From: Vicinamibacteria bacterium
Lineage (GTDB): Bacteria > Acidobacteriota > Vicinamibacteria > Marinacidobacterales > SMYC01
Assembly: GCA_035620555.1 (NCBI GenBank)
Contig: DASPGQ010000218.1
Span: 1-58,929, forward strand
Direction: 5' to 3'
DNA: 58,929 bases
Made by a program: the position numbers and the translations under genes. How positions within the stretch are numbered: position 1 is the stretch's first letter; each line of letters begins with the position of its first letter. Below are positions 44,613 to 53,162 of the stretch, piece by piece. The notes under the pieces are model-generated. The model was not told the origin of the DNA, did no database searches, and worked only from the letters and a program-made list of their open reading frames with translations.

Positions 44613-45015
44613 GACTGGCTTGGCCCTCTGAATCTCTCAACTCCTCTGGGGCAGCCAGAGGCCTATCCTCCCCTCTACCGACCCAGGAACCCGCGCGCGA
44701 CCCTTTTTCCACAGGCCTCTTACAGGTCGCTCGTTCAGAGTTCCTATTCCTCCTCAGGAGCCGCGAGACCATGATGCTCACTTGTGTGTCGGGCGGCACG
44801 CCCATGCGGCGGAAGGCATCCACCCGCTCGAGTTCGTCGCCTCGTCCGAGCTCTTCCGAACCATGACACGCTCGTCGTCAACCACAACCTGAGAAACGAC
44901 CCGGCCAATCATGAGGTCCGGCCGGTTCTCTAAGCGGCGATTGTTCAAGCCTGGGGTTCAAACAGCCAGCGACGAAACATTTTGGGTGCAGTCGCCATTA
45001 GAGGATGAAGGCGGT

Positions 45016-46470
45016 ATGACTCACAACGGCGGGGAGAACCAACCTCTGACGATTGCCGCGCTCCTGAGAATCCTTGGCGGCCGCAAGCATGATGCGACGA
45101 GCTGGGTCTGCGAGCGCTGCGGGAGGCGTCTCTCGCGGTCGATGCTTTCTTGCCGGTGCGGTGGGAGAAGGCCACGAGCGCCATCCATCGCGGCGATTGA
45201 TCTGTGGAAGGTCGCGACTCTGGTTCTGCTTGGGATCGTCTTTTGCGTGGTGGTGTGGACCCTTGTGCGGCCCGGTATACCGCGCGAGCCCCGATTCGAG
45301 ACCCCCACCGCATCCGCAATAGTTCCCCCTGCAAATCTTATCGGGAGCGAGGAGACTCCCGCCTCGGCGAACGATCCACCTTCCGGTTTGATGGAAGAAG
45401 CCGTGGAACAACGAGGCGATCGCTCCCTTGATGCCGCCGCAAATGACGTGGCCGGGAACGCCGAAAGGGCTGAGAAGCAATCACGCGAGGAGGTCCTGGC
45501 CGATGCCATGAAGGCGGTCGTCTCCGTCAGGGCCGGGCTGTTCACCGGAAGCGGTTTTTTCATCACGCCTTCGATCGTCGTGACGAATTACCACGTCACC
45601 GGAGGCACACGGCTCGTCGAAATCGGAGGCAGGAATGAGCCACGGTCGGCGCGTCTCCTCAAGTCCGCTCCGAATCATGACCTCGTTCTGCTCGAGCTCT
45701 ATGAACCCGACCCAGGTCAGTCCGTCCTCGAGCTTGGCTCCGTCGAAGATGTCGTCATCGGGCAGGAGGTCGTCACCATCGGCTCGGCCTTCGGCCTGCG
45801 AGAAACAGTGACGCGAGGTATCGTGAGCGCTATCCGCACCGCCAAGGGTGTCACCTTCTTGCAGACCGACGCCGCCATCAACCCCGGAAACAGTGGGGGA
45901 CCACTCTTGGGTCTGGACGGCAAGGTGGTTGGGATCAATACCGCAAAGCTCCAGGAGGCCGAGTCACTCGGACTGGCCATCGCCGCCGACCACGCTGCCG
46001 CGCTGTTCGAGGGGCGCTCGCTGGAACCGCTATCGGTCGCGGCCGCGACCGAGGATGAAACGCTCGCAATGTTCTTGGAGACGCCTCGACCCGAGCCTCA
46101 GATCCCAGCGGCCAGCGACGGGCGTGCCTCGGTGGCACGGTCGGCCGCTCGGAATCTGCAAGAAGCGCTGAAACCGCTTTCGGCGCAAGCGGACCAGATC
46201 GACCGCGAGTACGAAGCTATCAAATGGCAATGCCTGGTGAACATCGACGTCTATTACAAAGCGGCCCGGCCAACGGTCGCTCTCTTATTGTCGGACTTTG
46301 ACGCCAGTTCGACCCCTACGGCCGACTGTGCCCGTCGCGTCGGAGCTCTTCAGCAGCTCGCGTCTTACGTCGGTAATCAAGTCCTGACCCTGAGCGCCGT
46401 GGCGGAACGGCAAGGCGTGAGGCCGAACGCGATCCGCTCCATCCGCCGCATTTATCGGCTCGACTGGTAG
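45016..46470 (+). CDS. zinc-ribbon / TM / trypsin-like (S1C, HtrA-type, no PDZ) serine protease with an unassigned C-terminal domain
   Basis: ORF 44911-46470. The likely start is ATG 45016 (MTHNGGENQ). Cys cluster: WVCERCGRRLSRSMLSCRCGG. TM: VATLVLLGIVFCVVVW. Catalytic triad context: TNYHV, HDLVLLEL, GNSGGPLL. The last ~130 aa match no motif I know. Confidence 0.75.
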   Translation: MTHNGGENQPLTIAALLRILGGRKHDATSWVCERCGRRLSRSMLSCRCGGRRPRAPSIAAIDLWKVATLVLLGIVFCVVVWTLVRPGIPREPRFETPTASAIVPPANLIGSEETPASANDPPSGLMEEAVEQRGDRSLDAAANDVAGNAERAEKQSREEVLADAMKAVVSVRAGLFTGSGFFITPSIVVTNYHVTGGTRLVEIGGRNEPRSARLLKSAPNHDLVLLELYEPDPGQSVLELGSVEDVVIGQEVVTIGSAFGLRETVTRGIVSAIRTAKGVTFLQTDAAINPGNSGGPLLGLDGKVVGINTAKLQEAESLGLAIAADHAAALFEGRSLEPLSVAAATEDETLAMFLETPRPEPQIPAASDGRASVARSAARNLQEALKPLSAQADQIDREYEAIKWQCLVNIDVYYKAARPTVALLLSDFDASSTPTADCARRVGALQQLASYVGNQVLTLSAVAERQGVRPNAIRSIRRIYRLDW

Positions 46471-46596
46471 CCGAGTCTCGTCAAATCGTCGAGTGACGCT
46501 TGGAACCCTCGGCGATGTTCGTAGGCACCGAGATCATCGCTCGACGAAGCTGCGATAGTCGTCGGATACGTGCATCCCTCACGTTGATGCTCGTGA

Positions 46597-47679
46597 CTAA
46601 TAGTTGGGCTCGAAGAGACTCACGTTCTCGCGCGTTAGCAAGATGGAACCGGGGCCCTCGGTGACTCGGGGAAGCTCGGCTTCATTGACAAATCCATCGA
46701 GGGGCTCGCCTTCCAGCGCCGCAACGACAGCAACGGCGCTGTAGTAGCCTTCTTCCCAGGGCAACAGAACGGTGGTCTCGAAATAGATCCCCTGCGCTAC
46801 CTTTGCCACACCCTGTCTCGTCGCGCCCATGGAATAGATTCGAACGTCCCGGCCCGGTAGCTTGTGCGCCGATCGAATCGCCTGCTCCACGCCGCGGCTC
46901 ATCTCGTCCCAGGCCGAAAGCACCACGTTGATCTCGGGGTTGTTACGAAGCCCCTGTCTCACCTTTTCTCGAGCCACACGCCAGTCGAAGTTCCCGGGCT
47001 CGTCGACGAGGAGGTGCACGTCGGGGTACAGCGTCGAAGCGCGCTCGATCGCGTTCCGCCAGACCTGGAACAGACCCGAGCCGTCGAAGCCTCCGACGGC
47101 GGCAACGTAACAGGGCCTTTCACAGGTACGGAATGCGAACTCGACGTCGGCGTCGTAGTAAGCCTGGCTCTGCATGAGCACGGTCGCCGCCAGACCTGGT
47201 GTGTGGTCCGGATCGTTGCACATGGGCAGGTCCACGGAAACGACCGGCTTTCCGGTCGGGACCAGGTGGTCGGTCCACATCGCGCATCCGGGATCGGCGG
47301 CGGTAGGCGCGAACACATATCCATCGAACTCCTGTGCCACCGATTCCTCGACTTGGGGCCGTTGCGCTTCGGGATTGAAGTTCGCGAAGTAGATTTCGAA
47401 CTCGAACCCGTACTTCTTTGCGGCCGCCCTCAGACCCTCGAGCCTCGCCTGGCAGTACCGGTCGCGCAGACCGCCCGGAGGAGGGCATTCCGCGAGGACG
47501 GCGATGCGGTATTCCTTCTTCGTTGCGACGTTTCGAGCGTCGAAAGCAAGAATCTTGCGCACCGGCTCCGAGACCGTCTCCTCTGTCTGGGAACGGGCAA
47601 GAGGCGCGAATGCGAGGAGAGCAAAAAGCGCCGCGCACGCGTATCCTCCAGGACTCCCGTGCCCGATTCGGCTTGCCAT
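46597..47679 (-). CDS. periplasmic binding protein (PBP1, sugar-binding/LacI-like fold); orphan, with no adjacent permease or ATPase
   Basis: ORF 46597-47979. The real start is ATG 47679 (MASRIGHGSPGGYACAALFALLAFAPLARSQ, a signal peptide). RIAVLAE..., FEFEIYFANFNPEAQ and INVVLSAWDEMSRG fit the Peripla_BP fold pattern. Confidence 0.6.
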   Translation of the reverse strand: MASRIGHGSPGGYACAALFALLAFAPLARSQTEETVSEPVRKILAFDARNVATKKEYRIAVLAECPPPGGLRDRYCQARLEGLRAAAKKYGFEFEIYFANFNPEAQRPQVEESVAQEFDGYVFAPTAADPGCAMWTDHLVPTGKPVVSVDLPMCNDPDHTPGLAATVLMQSQAYYDADVEFAFRTCERPCYVAAVGGFDGSGLFQVWRNAIERASTLYPDVHLLVDEPGNFDWRVAREKVRQGLRNNPEINVVLSAWDEMSRGVEQAIRSAHKLPGRDVRIYSMGATRQGVAKVAQGIYFETTVLLPWEEGYYSAVAVVAALEGEPLDGFVNEAELPRVTEGPGSILLTRENVSLFEPNY

Positions 47680-47979
47680 CGATCGCTCTCGACTATAGCT
47701 CAAACGCTTCCGGTTGGGACCGAGGCAGATCGTAAAATCGAATGGTTTTCTCTCCCTCGCTTTCGTGATAGCGGCGTGCCGCACCGTTCGGCCGAGGCGT
47801 TTTGTCTCTGGGCCGCAAAAAGGAACTCGACGAGCGCGCTCGCACTCAACCGCGCGGCGGAAATCTTCGGGAACGAAGCCAGCGCACCTCGACGACATCG
47901 CGGTGACGGCCGAAGATGCTTCCCACCTCCGGCGGGCCGCCCAGCTCCGGCGTGACGCCATCGATGCGATCAAGCTCAT

Positions 47980-48150
47980 CTAGCGCGCTTGGCGATAATC
48001 CGCGATCTTCACTCCGGGAACGCGGCGGAAGTGACGGTGGTTGCGGGCAGCAAGCGCCATGTCGTGGGCGACCGTCGCCCCGATCCATAGGTTCGTTCCG
48101 ATGAGGAGCTTGCTCCTGCAGGTAGCGATCACTCTGGCCGTAACGCCCGA
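47980..48150 (-). pseudogene. C-terminal remnant of a VapC/PIN-domain toxin
   Basis: My minus-strand translation gives ...SGVTARVIATCRSKLLIGTNLWIGATVAHDMALAARNHRHFRRVPGVKIADYRQAR*. This matches the VapC C-terminal consensus (G.ND.WIAA.A....L.T.N.R.F.R.PG....D.), but the conserved Asp after N is lost. The N-terminal two thirds are missing because the hpaB-like stop sits at 48159. Confidence 0.5.
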
Positions 48151-48158
48151 CCTGAGCC

Positions 48159-49610
48159 TCAGTCGGACGGCTCGTCGGCCCAGCCGAGCAGCCGGCGCAC
48201 CATCTCGACCGCCGACGTCTTGTCGTAGAGCCGGTAGAGACCAGCGGTAATCGCCTTCGGGTCTCCCGCGTGGAGACGCTCATAGAGCTGCTGACGTCCG
48301 CCATAGGAATCGCCGGTCAGCTCCCAGGCGAGCTTTGAGAGCTGTACCCGTTTGTCGGCTGGAACGCCGCGGCCCCGGAAGTACCGATCGATGTAGCCCC
48401 GGATATCTGGCGTTTCGAGATCTTCCGCCGTGGGCAGGAAGACCAGGGAGCTCGTTCCGACGTGCTCCAGAATCGCGACCAGACGCTCGGAGATGATCGG
48501 CAGAAAGCAACGGACGTGCGCCAGAGGCGCCGGGCTCACGAGGCCGCCCGGAGTGGGCAGGCAGTCGACCTCCGCGGCCCGGAGCGCCGAGCGGACCATC
48601 TCGGTGTGAGCAATGAGCTCGCCGATCTCGATCTGGATGTCCTGCCGCTCGCTCATACCGCTCGTTTCCGCGAGCAGATGAACGGTGCCGATCATCAGGT
48701 CGAGTCGGCCGAGGAGCTGGGTGAGGCTCGTGTAAGACGCCCAGGCCATGACGCGACGGCGGAACAAGCGCTCCGCCGCCGCGGGCTCGCGGGCAAGAAA
48801 CACGCGCTCCCAGGGGACGAGAACGCCGTCGAAAACCACCAGCGCGTCTTGCTCGTCGAAACGCACCGAGACGGGGTGATCGAACCGGTTACGTCCCTCG
48901 GCAAAGGATTCCCGGCAGAGGACCTTGAGGCCCTCCCACGCAATCGGAATGGCGAACCAGATCGCATGATCCGCCTCACGCTCGTTCAGCGGATAGCTCG
49001 GGGCCACCAGGATCTCGTTGCTGAACGGGGCGAGCGTGGCAAAGCGGGCTCCCCGGACCACCAGCCCGCCGTCCCGCTCCTCGACGATCCGCAGACACCG
49101 ATCGGGATCCTGCTCGGGGCGGAGCGACTTGTCCATCGTCGGATCGTGAAGCCCGTGGGAAAGACAGAGATCCTGGTCCCGCGCGTACGAGTGGTAGCTC
49201 GTTACGTTCGCGGCGAGATCGGGGTTCAACGAAGCCAGCTCTTCGCGGACGTCGTAGAAGCCAACCAACATGCTGGCGCAGAAATCCGAGTATCGCCCCA
49301 TCATGCCGAAGCTCTCCCGAACCCAGATCTCTGAGTTACGCCGGCGCCGGAGCAGGTCGTCGCGCGTACGGGGCAGCAAGTAGGAACAGGAGAAACGCCG
49401 ACCTTCCGATTCGAAGGTCATGACGTCAGCGGTCTTCGGGGCCGATTGCAAATCGTAGATGCGGGCGATGGATCGGGCCATCTCGCCGAGAGCGGGATGT
49501 CGCGTCACGTCCCGGACGCGCTTGCCTCGATACCAGACCTCCCGTCCGTCCCGGAGGCTCTCCAGGTACCTCGTTCCGGTGACGGCACCCTCGGGCGCGA
49601 TGCTGCTCAC
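48159..49610 (-). CDS. HpaB-family flavin-dependent monooxygenase (4-hydroxyphenylacetate 3-hydroxylase-like oxygenase component)
   Basis: ORF 48159-49910. The likely start is GTG 49610, overlapping the upstream stop (GTGA). N-terminus: TGTRYLESLRDGREVWYRGKRVRDVTRHPAL...IARIYDLQ, typical of HpaB/4-HBD family proteins. 483 aa. Confidence 0.75.
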   Translation of the reverse strand: MSSIAPEGAVTGTRYLESLRDGREVWYRGKRVRDVTRHPALGEMARSIARIYDLQSAPKTADVMTFESEGRRFSCSYLLPRTRDDLLRRRRNSEIWVRESFGMMGRYSDFCASMLVGFYDVREELASLNPDLAANVTSYHSYARDQDLCLSHGLHDPTMDKSLRPEQDPDRCLRIVEERDGGLVVRGARFATLAPFSNEILVAPSYPLNEREADHAIWFAIPIAWEGLKVLCRESFAEGRNRFDHPVSVRFDEQDALVVFDGVLVPWERVFLAREPAAAERLFRRRVMAWASYTSLTQLLGRLDLMIGTVHLLAETSGMSERQDIQIEIGELIAHTEMVRSALRAAEVDCLPTPGGLVSPAPLAHVRCFLPIISERLVAILEHVGTSSLVFLPTAEDLETPDIRGYIDRYFRGRGVPADKRVQLSKLAWELTGDSYGGRQQLYERLHAGDPKAITAGLYRLYDKTSAVEMVRRLLGWADEPSD

Positions 49611-50626
49611 GCGGCTCGCCGCGAACGATCGAGCGGAAAGATCGCTCGCGCGTTTTCTTCGTAGATTCTTCGGCGGTCGCCGTCGCTCAAGAAGTCCATC
49701 GCATCGATGTGTGGCTTGATGTCGTCGAGCCAGCGTCCGGTCTCGGGATCTTTCGAGGTGCCGATTCCGGGCCGCTCGGTGCCAAAGAGGCAGCGCTCCG
49801 GCCCGACGGTCTTGACCAGGAGCTCGAGGGCCTCCTTCGAGTACAAACAGGTGTCGAAATAGAGCTTCCTCAACTGTTCGTCGAACGGGGGCAGCTTTCT
49901 CCGGATCCACATCGAGCGGTAACGTCCGATCTGGTAAGGGATGGCGCCACCGCCGTGGGCGATGACGAGCTTCAGCGCGGGAAAATCGTCGAACACCCTC
50001 GCGCTCAGGAGCGAGACGACGGCGATGTTCTCCTCGTTCAGGAAGTGAAGCGAGTAGGGCTCTCGCTCGGAGCGGCAGCCCGCGGAGTGAACCAGTGCAG
50101 GCACGTCGAGCTCGACCAGCTTCTCATACAAGGGATACCAATACTCTTCTCCGAGCCCCGGGGGCGCCGGCGCCAGTCCTTCGTTGGGGTCGGGATTGAT
50201 GAGACAGCCGACGAAGCCCATTTCGCCGACGCACCGCTCGAGCTCTTCGAGTGAGTTCTCCGGGCTGACCCCCATGTTCTGGGGAAGTCCGCACACGCCG
50301 CGAAAGGTCTCGGGAAACAGCTCGCATTGCCGGGCGATGACGTTGTTGGTCTCCTCGACGAACCATCGCACGAGCTTCTCGGGCTTCTCGCTGTGCATCA
50401 ACGTGTAAGGCCGGGGTGAAAGGAGCTGCATGTCGGTACCCACCTCCTCGAGCTGCCCGAGGTGGGATCGGCCACCGAACACAGGCGTTTCGACGGCTCG
50501 CCTCAGCTCTTCGTCGGAAGCACTGACCTTTCCCCGACCGTGAGCTCCGCGGTGGGCGAGAATCCCCGCCTTGTATGCGTAGAGCTCCTCGGGCGCGCTC
50601 ACGTGCGCGTGGACATCGATTACCAT
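49607..50626 (-). CDS. amidohydrolase-2 (ACMSD-type) family hydrolase/decarboxylase
   Basis: ORF 49607-50716. ATG 50626 has AGGAGG upstream (MVIDVHAHVSAPEE: the HxH metal motif). Later His/Asp ligands lie in ALVHSAG, VIAHGGG and FDTCLY. Confidence 0.75.
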   Translation of the reverse strand: MVIDVHAHVSAPEELYAYKAGILAHRGAHGRGKVSASDEELRRAVETPVFGGRSHLGQLEEVGTDMQLLSPRPYTLMHSEKPEKLVRWFVEETNNVIARQCELFPETFRGVCGLPQNMGVSPENSLEELERCVGEMGFVGCLINPDPNEGLAPAPPGLGEEYWYPLYEKLVELDVPALVHSAGCRSEREPYSLHFLNEENIAVVSLLSARVFDDFPALKLVIAHGGGAIPYQIGRYRSMWIRRKLPPFDEQLRKLYFDTCLYSKEALELLVKTVGPERCLFGTERPGIGTSKDPETGRWLDDIKPHIDAMDFLSDGDRRRIYEENARAIFPLDRSRRAA

Positions 50627-50676
50627 GGAGCCTCCTCTCGAGCGGCGGTTGCCTGCAATCGGGCGAGGAGCATACC

Positions 50677-51939
50677 GTGTCCATCGTGATTTCGCGAAAA
50701 GACGAAGGCCGGCCACCCGATTACGGTTGGTGGATCGTCGCGGTGGCGTTTCTCGCCATCGTGTTCGCCTTCGGTGTTCCGACCGTCATCCTTCCCGTTC
50801 TCTACTCCTCGATCATCGACGAGTTCGGTTGGACCCGCACGCAAGTCACGCTCGTGGCCACGATGAAAGTCGGCGCCGGCGCCGCCTGGGGCATCGTTCT
50901 GGGCTTCCTGATCGACCGGGTCAGCATCCGAACGATCGTGGTGTCGTCTTCGGTGATCACCGGCGGCGCGATGATCGCTTTTCTCGGCATACGCACTCTA
51001 TGGCTGTTCTATGCCATCGGCCTCGTTCTGGGTCTCGGATCGCTCGGCGTCATGATCTCGATGAAAGTGCTCGTCTCGCGCTGGTTCGAGAGGCGACAAG
51101 GGGTCGCGGTCGGCATCGCGCTACTCGGCACCAGCGTCGCCGGAAGCTTCGCGCCGGTGCTCGCCAGTCGGCTCATCGATCTCGCGGGGTGGAGATTTTC
51201 GATGGCGCTTCTCAGCCTCGGAATCTGGCTCGTCGCCCTGCCCGTCTTCGTCTGGAAGGCCAAGGACGCTCCCGTGAGCGCCGCAGCGACCGATACGACT
51301 CCATTTCGCCTGATTCTGCTGGGACCAACTTTCTGGTGGGTGGCGCTAGCCGTCGTGCTCATCGGTTTCGTGGATCAGGCGATGACCCAACACACGGTTC
51401 TCTATCTCGAACGTGACCTCGGATTGAGGCGTTCGGCCGCGTCGAGCGCGCTGAGCTTCGTGTTCTTCACCAGCATTGCCGGGAAGCTGGGCTTCGGATG
51501 GATCTACGACCGATGGTCCTTGAGAGGCGTTTCCGCGTGCTACTTCCTCATGGCGCTTTCCGTGGTGTTCATGTTCTCCATCCAGAGCGCCGTTTCGCTC
51601 CTCGTCTTCGCCGCGGTCCGCGGTCTCGCCCACGGCGGGGCGATCGTGGACATTCCGGTTCTGAGCAGGCATTGCTTCGGGCCAAGAGTTCTGGGGCGGA
51701 CCATCGGCATCTTGACGGCGTTCGTGACCATTGGTTTCGCTACCGGTCCTCCGATCATGGGATATCTCTACGATGTTCACGGTAGCTACCGGATCGCCTT
51801 CTTCGTTCTCGTAGCTGCATCGATTGCCGCCGGCCTGTCACTGTTCGCGGCCCGGGCGACGTACCGAGACGAGCGATTACGCCTTTCCGCCGACACCGTC
51901 GAAGGACGGCTCACGGAAGCCGCGAGCGAGAAGGCCTAG
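50677..51939 (+). CDS. MFS transporter
   Basis: ORF 50575-51939. GTG 50677 has GAGGAG upstream. About 12 hydrophobic helices. MFS loop-like motif GFLIDRVSIRT between TM2 and TM3. Confidence 0.8.
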   Translation: MSIVISRKDEGRPPDYGWWIVAVAFLAIVFAFGVPTVILPVLYSSIIDEFGWTRTQVTLVATMKVGAGAAWGIVLGFLIDRVSIRTIVVSSSVITGGAMIAFLGIRTLWLFYAIGLVLGLGSLGVMISMKVLVSRWFERRQGVAVGIALLGTSVAGSFAPVLASRLIDLAGWRFSMALLSLGIWLVALPVFVWKAKDAPVSAAATDTTPFRLILLGPTFWWVALAVVLIGFVDQAMTQHTVLYLERDLGLRRSAASSALSFVFFTSIAGKLGFGWIYDRWSLRGVSACYFLMALSVVFMFSIQSAVSLLVFAAVRGLAHGGAIVDIPVLSRHCFGPRVLGRTIGILTAFVTIGFATGPPIMGYLYDVHGSYRIAFFVLVAASIAAGLSLFAARATYRDERLRLSADTVEGRLTEAASEKA

Positions 51940-51968
51940 TCAGGCTGATGAAAACCTCTTGGAATCGT

Positions 51969-53030
51969 TCAGCGGGACCCGATGCGGACGTTCGAGAAGA
52001 TGGCCTGCTCGAGTGTCTCCTGACGCTCGCACTGACCGAGCTCGATCCAGTGCGTCTTCGGGTGATAGATGGGATCGTAATTTCGCGTCAGAATCTCGAA
52101 CCCGTCGAGAAATACCTTTACGTGCTGCGAGTTGATTCCGGGAAAGCTTCCCCATTCGATGCGCCATTCGTAGACGAGCTCGGGCTCGAAGTCGTAGAAG
52201 CTAATGCCGGTGTTGTGCTCCTGCCCCCGCGAAATCCACCGAAGGCGGACGTCGTCGAACTTGGCCGTGCTCTCGTCGAGCTTCTGCAGATGCATCCTGA
52301 AGGGGTTCGTCGTGTACTCACCTTTCGTCGGGTCCCACATGCTGATGAGCATTCGCTTTCCCGGGGCGGGGTTCGGCGTCGACAGGTTGGTGGACGTGAA
52401 CTCGATGCGACCCTCGCTCAGCGTTGGCACTTGGTAGCGAAGGCAGTCGGCGTGATGTTGCGGCTGCCAGCCGCCGCTTACGAACTGCCCCCCCATCACT
52501 TCGCCGACCGAGTAGCCGTTCGTCAGGGGATCGAACACGACGATATCGCCCGTCGGCCGGTCGGAGGAGAAAGCCTCGCGGATGCGGAACTCCCAGGTTT
52601 CCGAGGACGGACCCGCGCCACCGCCGGACACCGCCGTCGCGCGCCAGTAATACTTGGTTTCCGCCTCGAGCGGCTCGATGACCCGCCATTTGGTAATGCC
52701 ACCGAGCCCTTCGGTTACCCCCGATTCGGTCACCGCCATTTCCTGGAATGCGGAATCGAGTGCGAGCTCGAAAATGTAGGTTCTCGGCCCGGAGCCCCCC
52801 TGCGCGTTACCGATCTCGAGCTCGGGCTGGAGCTCTTTGACCGCCTCGCCCATGGCGGGGGCCCGAAGCGTCGGAGCGGTGAGTGTGAGATCCGTTTGCG
52901 CGTGCGGAGAGCTCGGGTTCGCGCTACGGGGTCCGCTGGGAGCGCTTGGCCCACTAGGGGAGTCATCGCCGCAACCTAGAGCGATTCCGAGAAAACCGAC
53001 ACCGAGAAAACCAAAAAGGACACGCGTCAT
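51969..53030 (-). CDS. hypothetical lipoprotein (beta-rich; Fn3-like plus lectin/LamG-like regions suspected)
   Basis: Lipobox in MTRVLFGFLGVGFLGIALGCGDD, followed by an S/P-rich linker. The segment TKYYWRATAV...WEFRI resembles an Fn3-type module. The rest is beta-strand-like and unassigned. Confidence 0.55.
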   Translation of the reverse strand: MTRVLFGFLGVGFLGIALGCGDDSPSGPSAPSGPRSANPSSPHAQTDLTLTAPTLRAPAMGEAVKELQPELEIGNAQGGSGPRTYIFELALDSAFQEMAVTESGVTEGLGGITKWRVIEPLEAETKYYWRATAVSGGGAGPSSETWEFRIREAFSSDRPTGDIVVFDPLTNGYSVGEVMGGQFVSGGWQPQHHADCLRYQVPTLSEGRIEFTSTNLSTPNPAPGKRMLISMWDPTKGEYTTNPFRMHLQKLDESTAKFDDVRLRWISRGQEHNTGISFYDFEPELVYEWRIEWGSFPGINSQHVKVFLDGFEILTRNYDPIYHPKTHWIELGQCERQETLEQAIFSNVRIGSR

Positions 53031-53162
53031 CAGAGGTGATTTCCTTTCCTGTCCATCGTTGTGCAGCCGCCCGCCCGGCCGGCGAAGACGGCATCAGTGG
53101 CGCGCAAAGGGGGCATATTAGCAACGGATGGAATCGATCACAAGTGAGGTAGGATTTCCCCC

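Noticed and set aside
47680-47979. ORFs 47714-47983 (+, 89 aa) and 47846-48304 (-, 152 aa) in the gap upstream of the binding-protein gene
   Set aside because: They have no motifs or RBS and show R/P-rich composition. The minus ORF is out of frame with the VapC-like similarity, which is the only recognisable signal there.
41791-48158. Considered calling the 41.8-48.2 kb stretch a mobile element or genomic island
   Set aside because: I found no integrase, transposase, tRNA target, flanking direct repeats or inverted repeats. Only decayed TA and regulator fragments are present, so I report gene decay rather than a mobile element.
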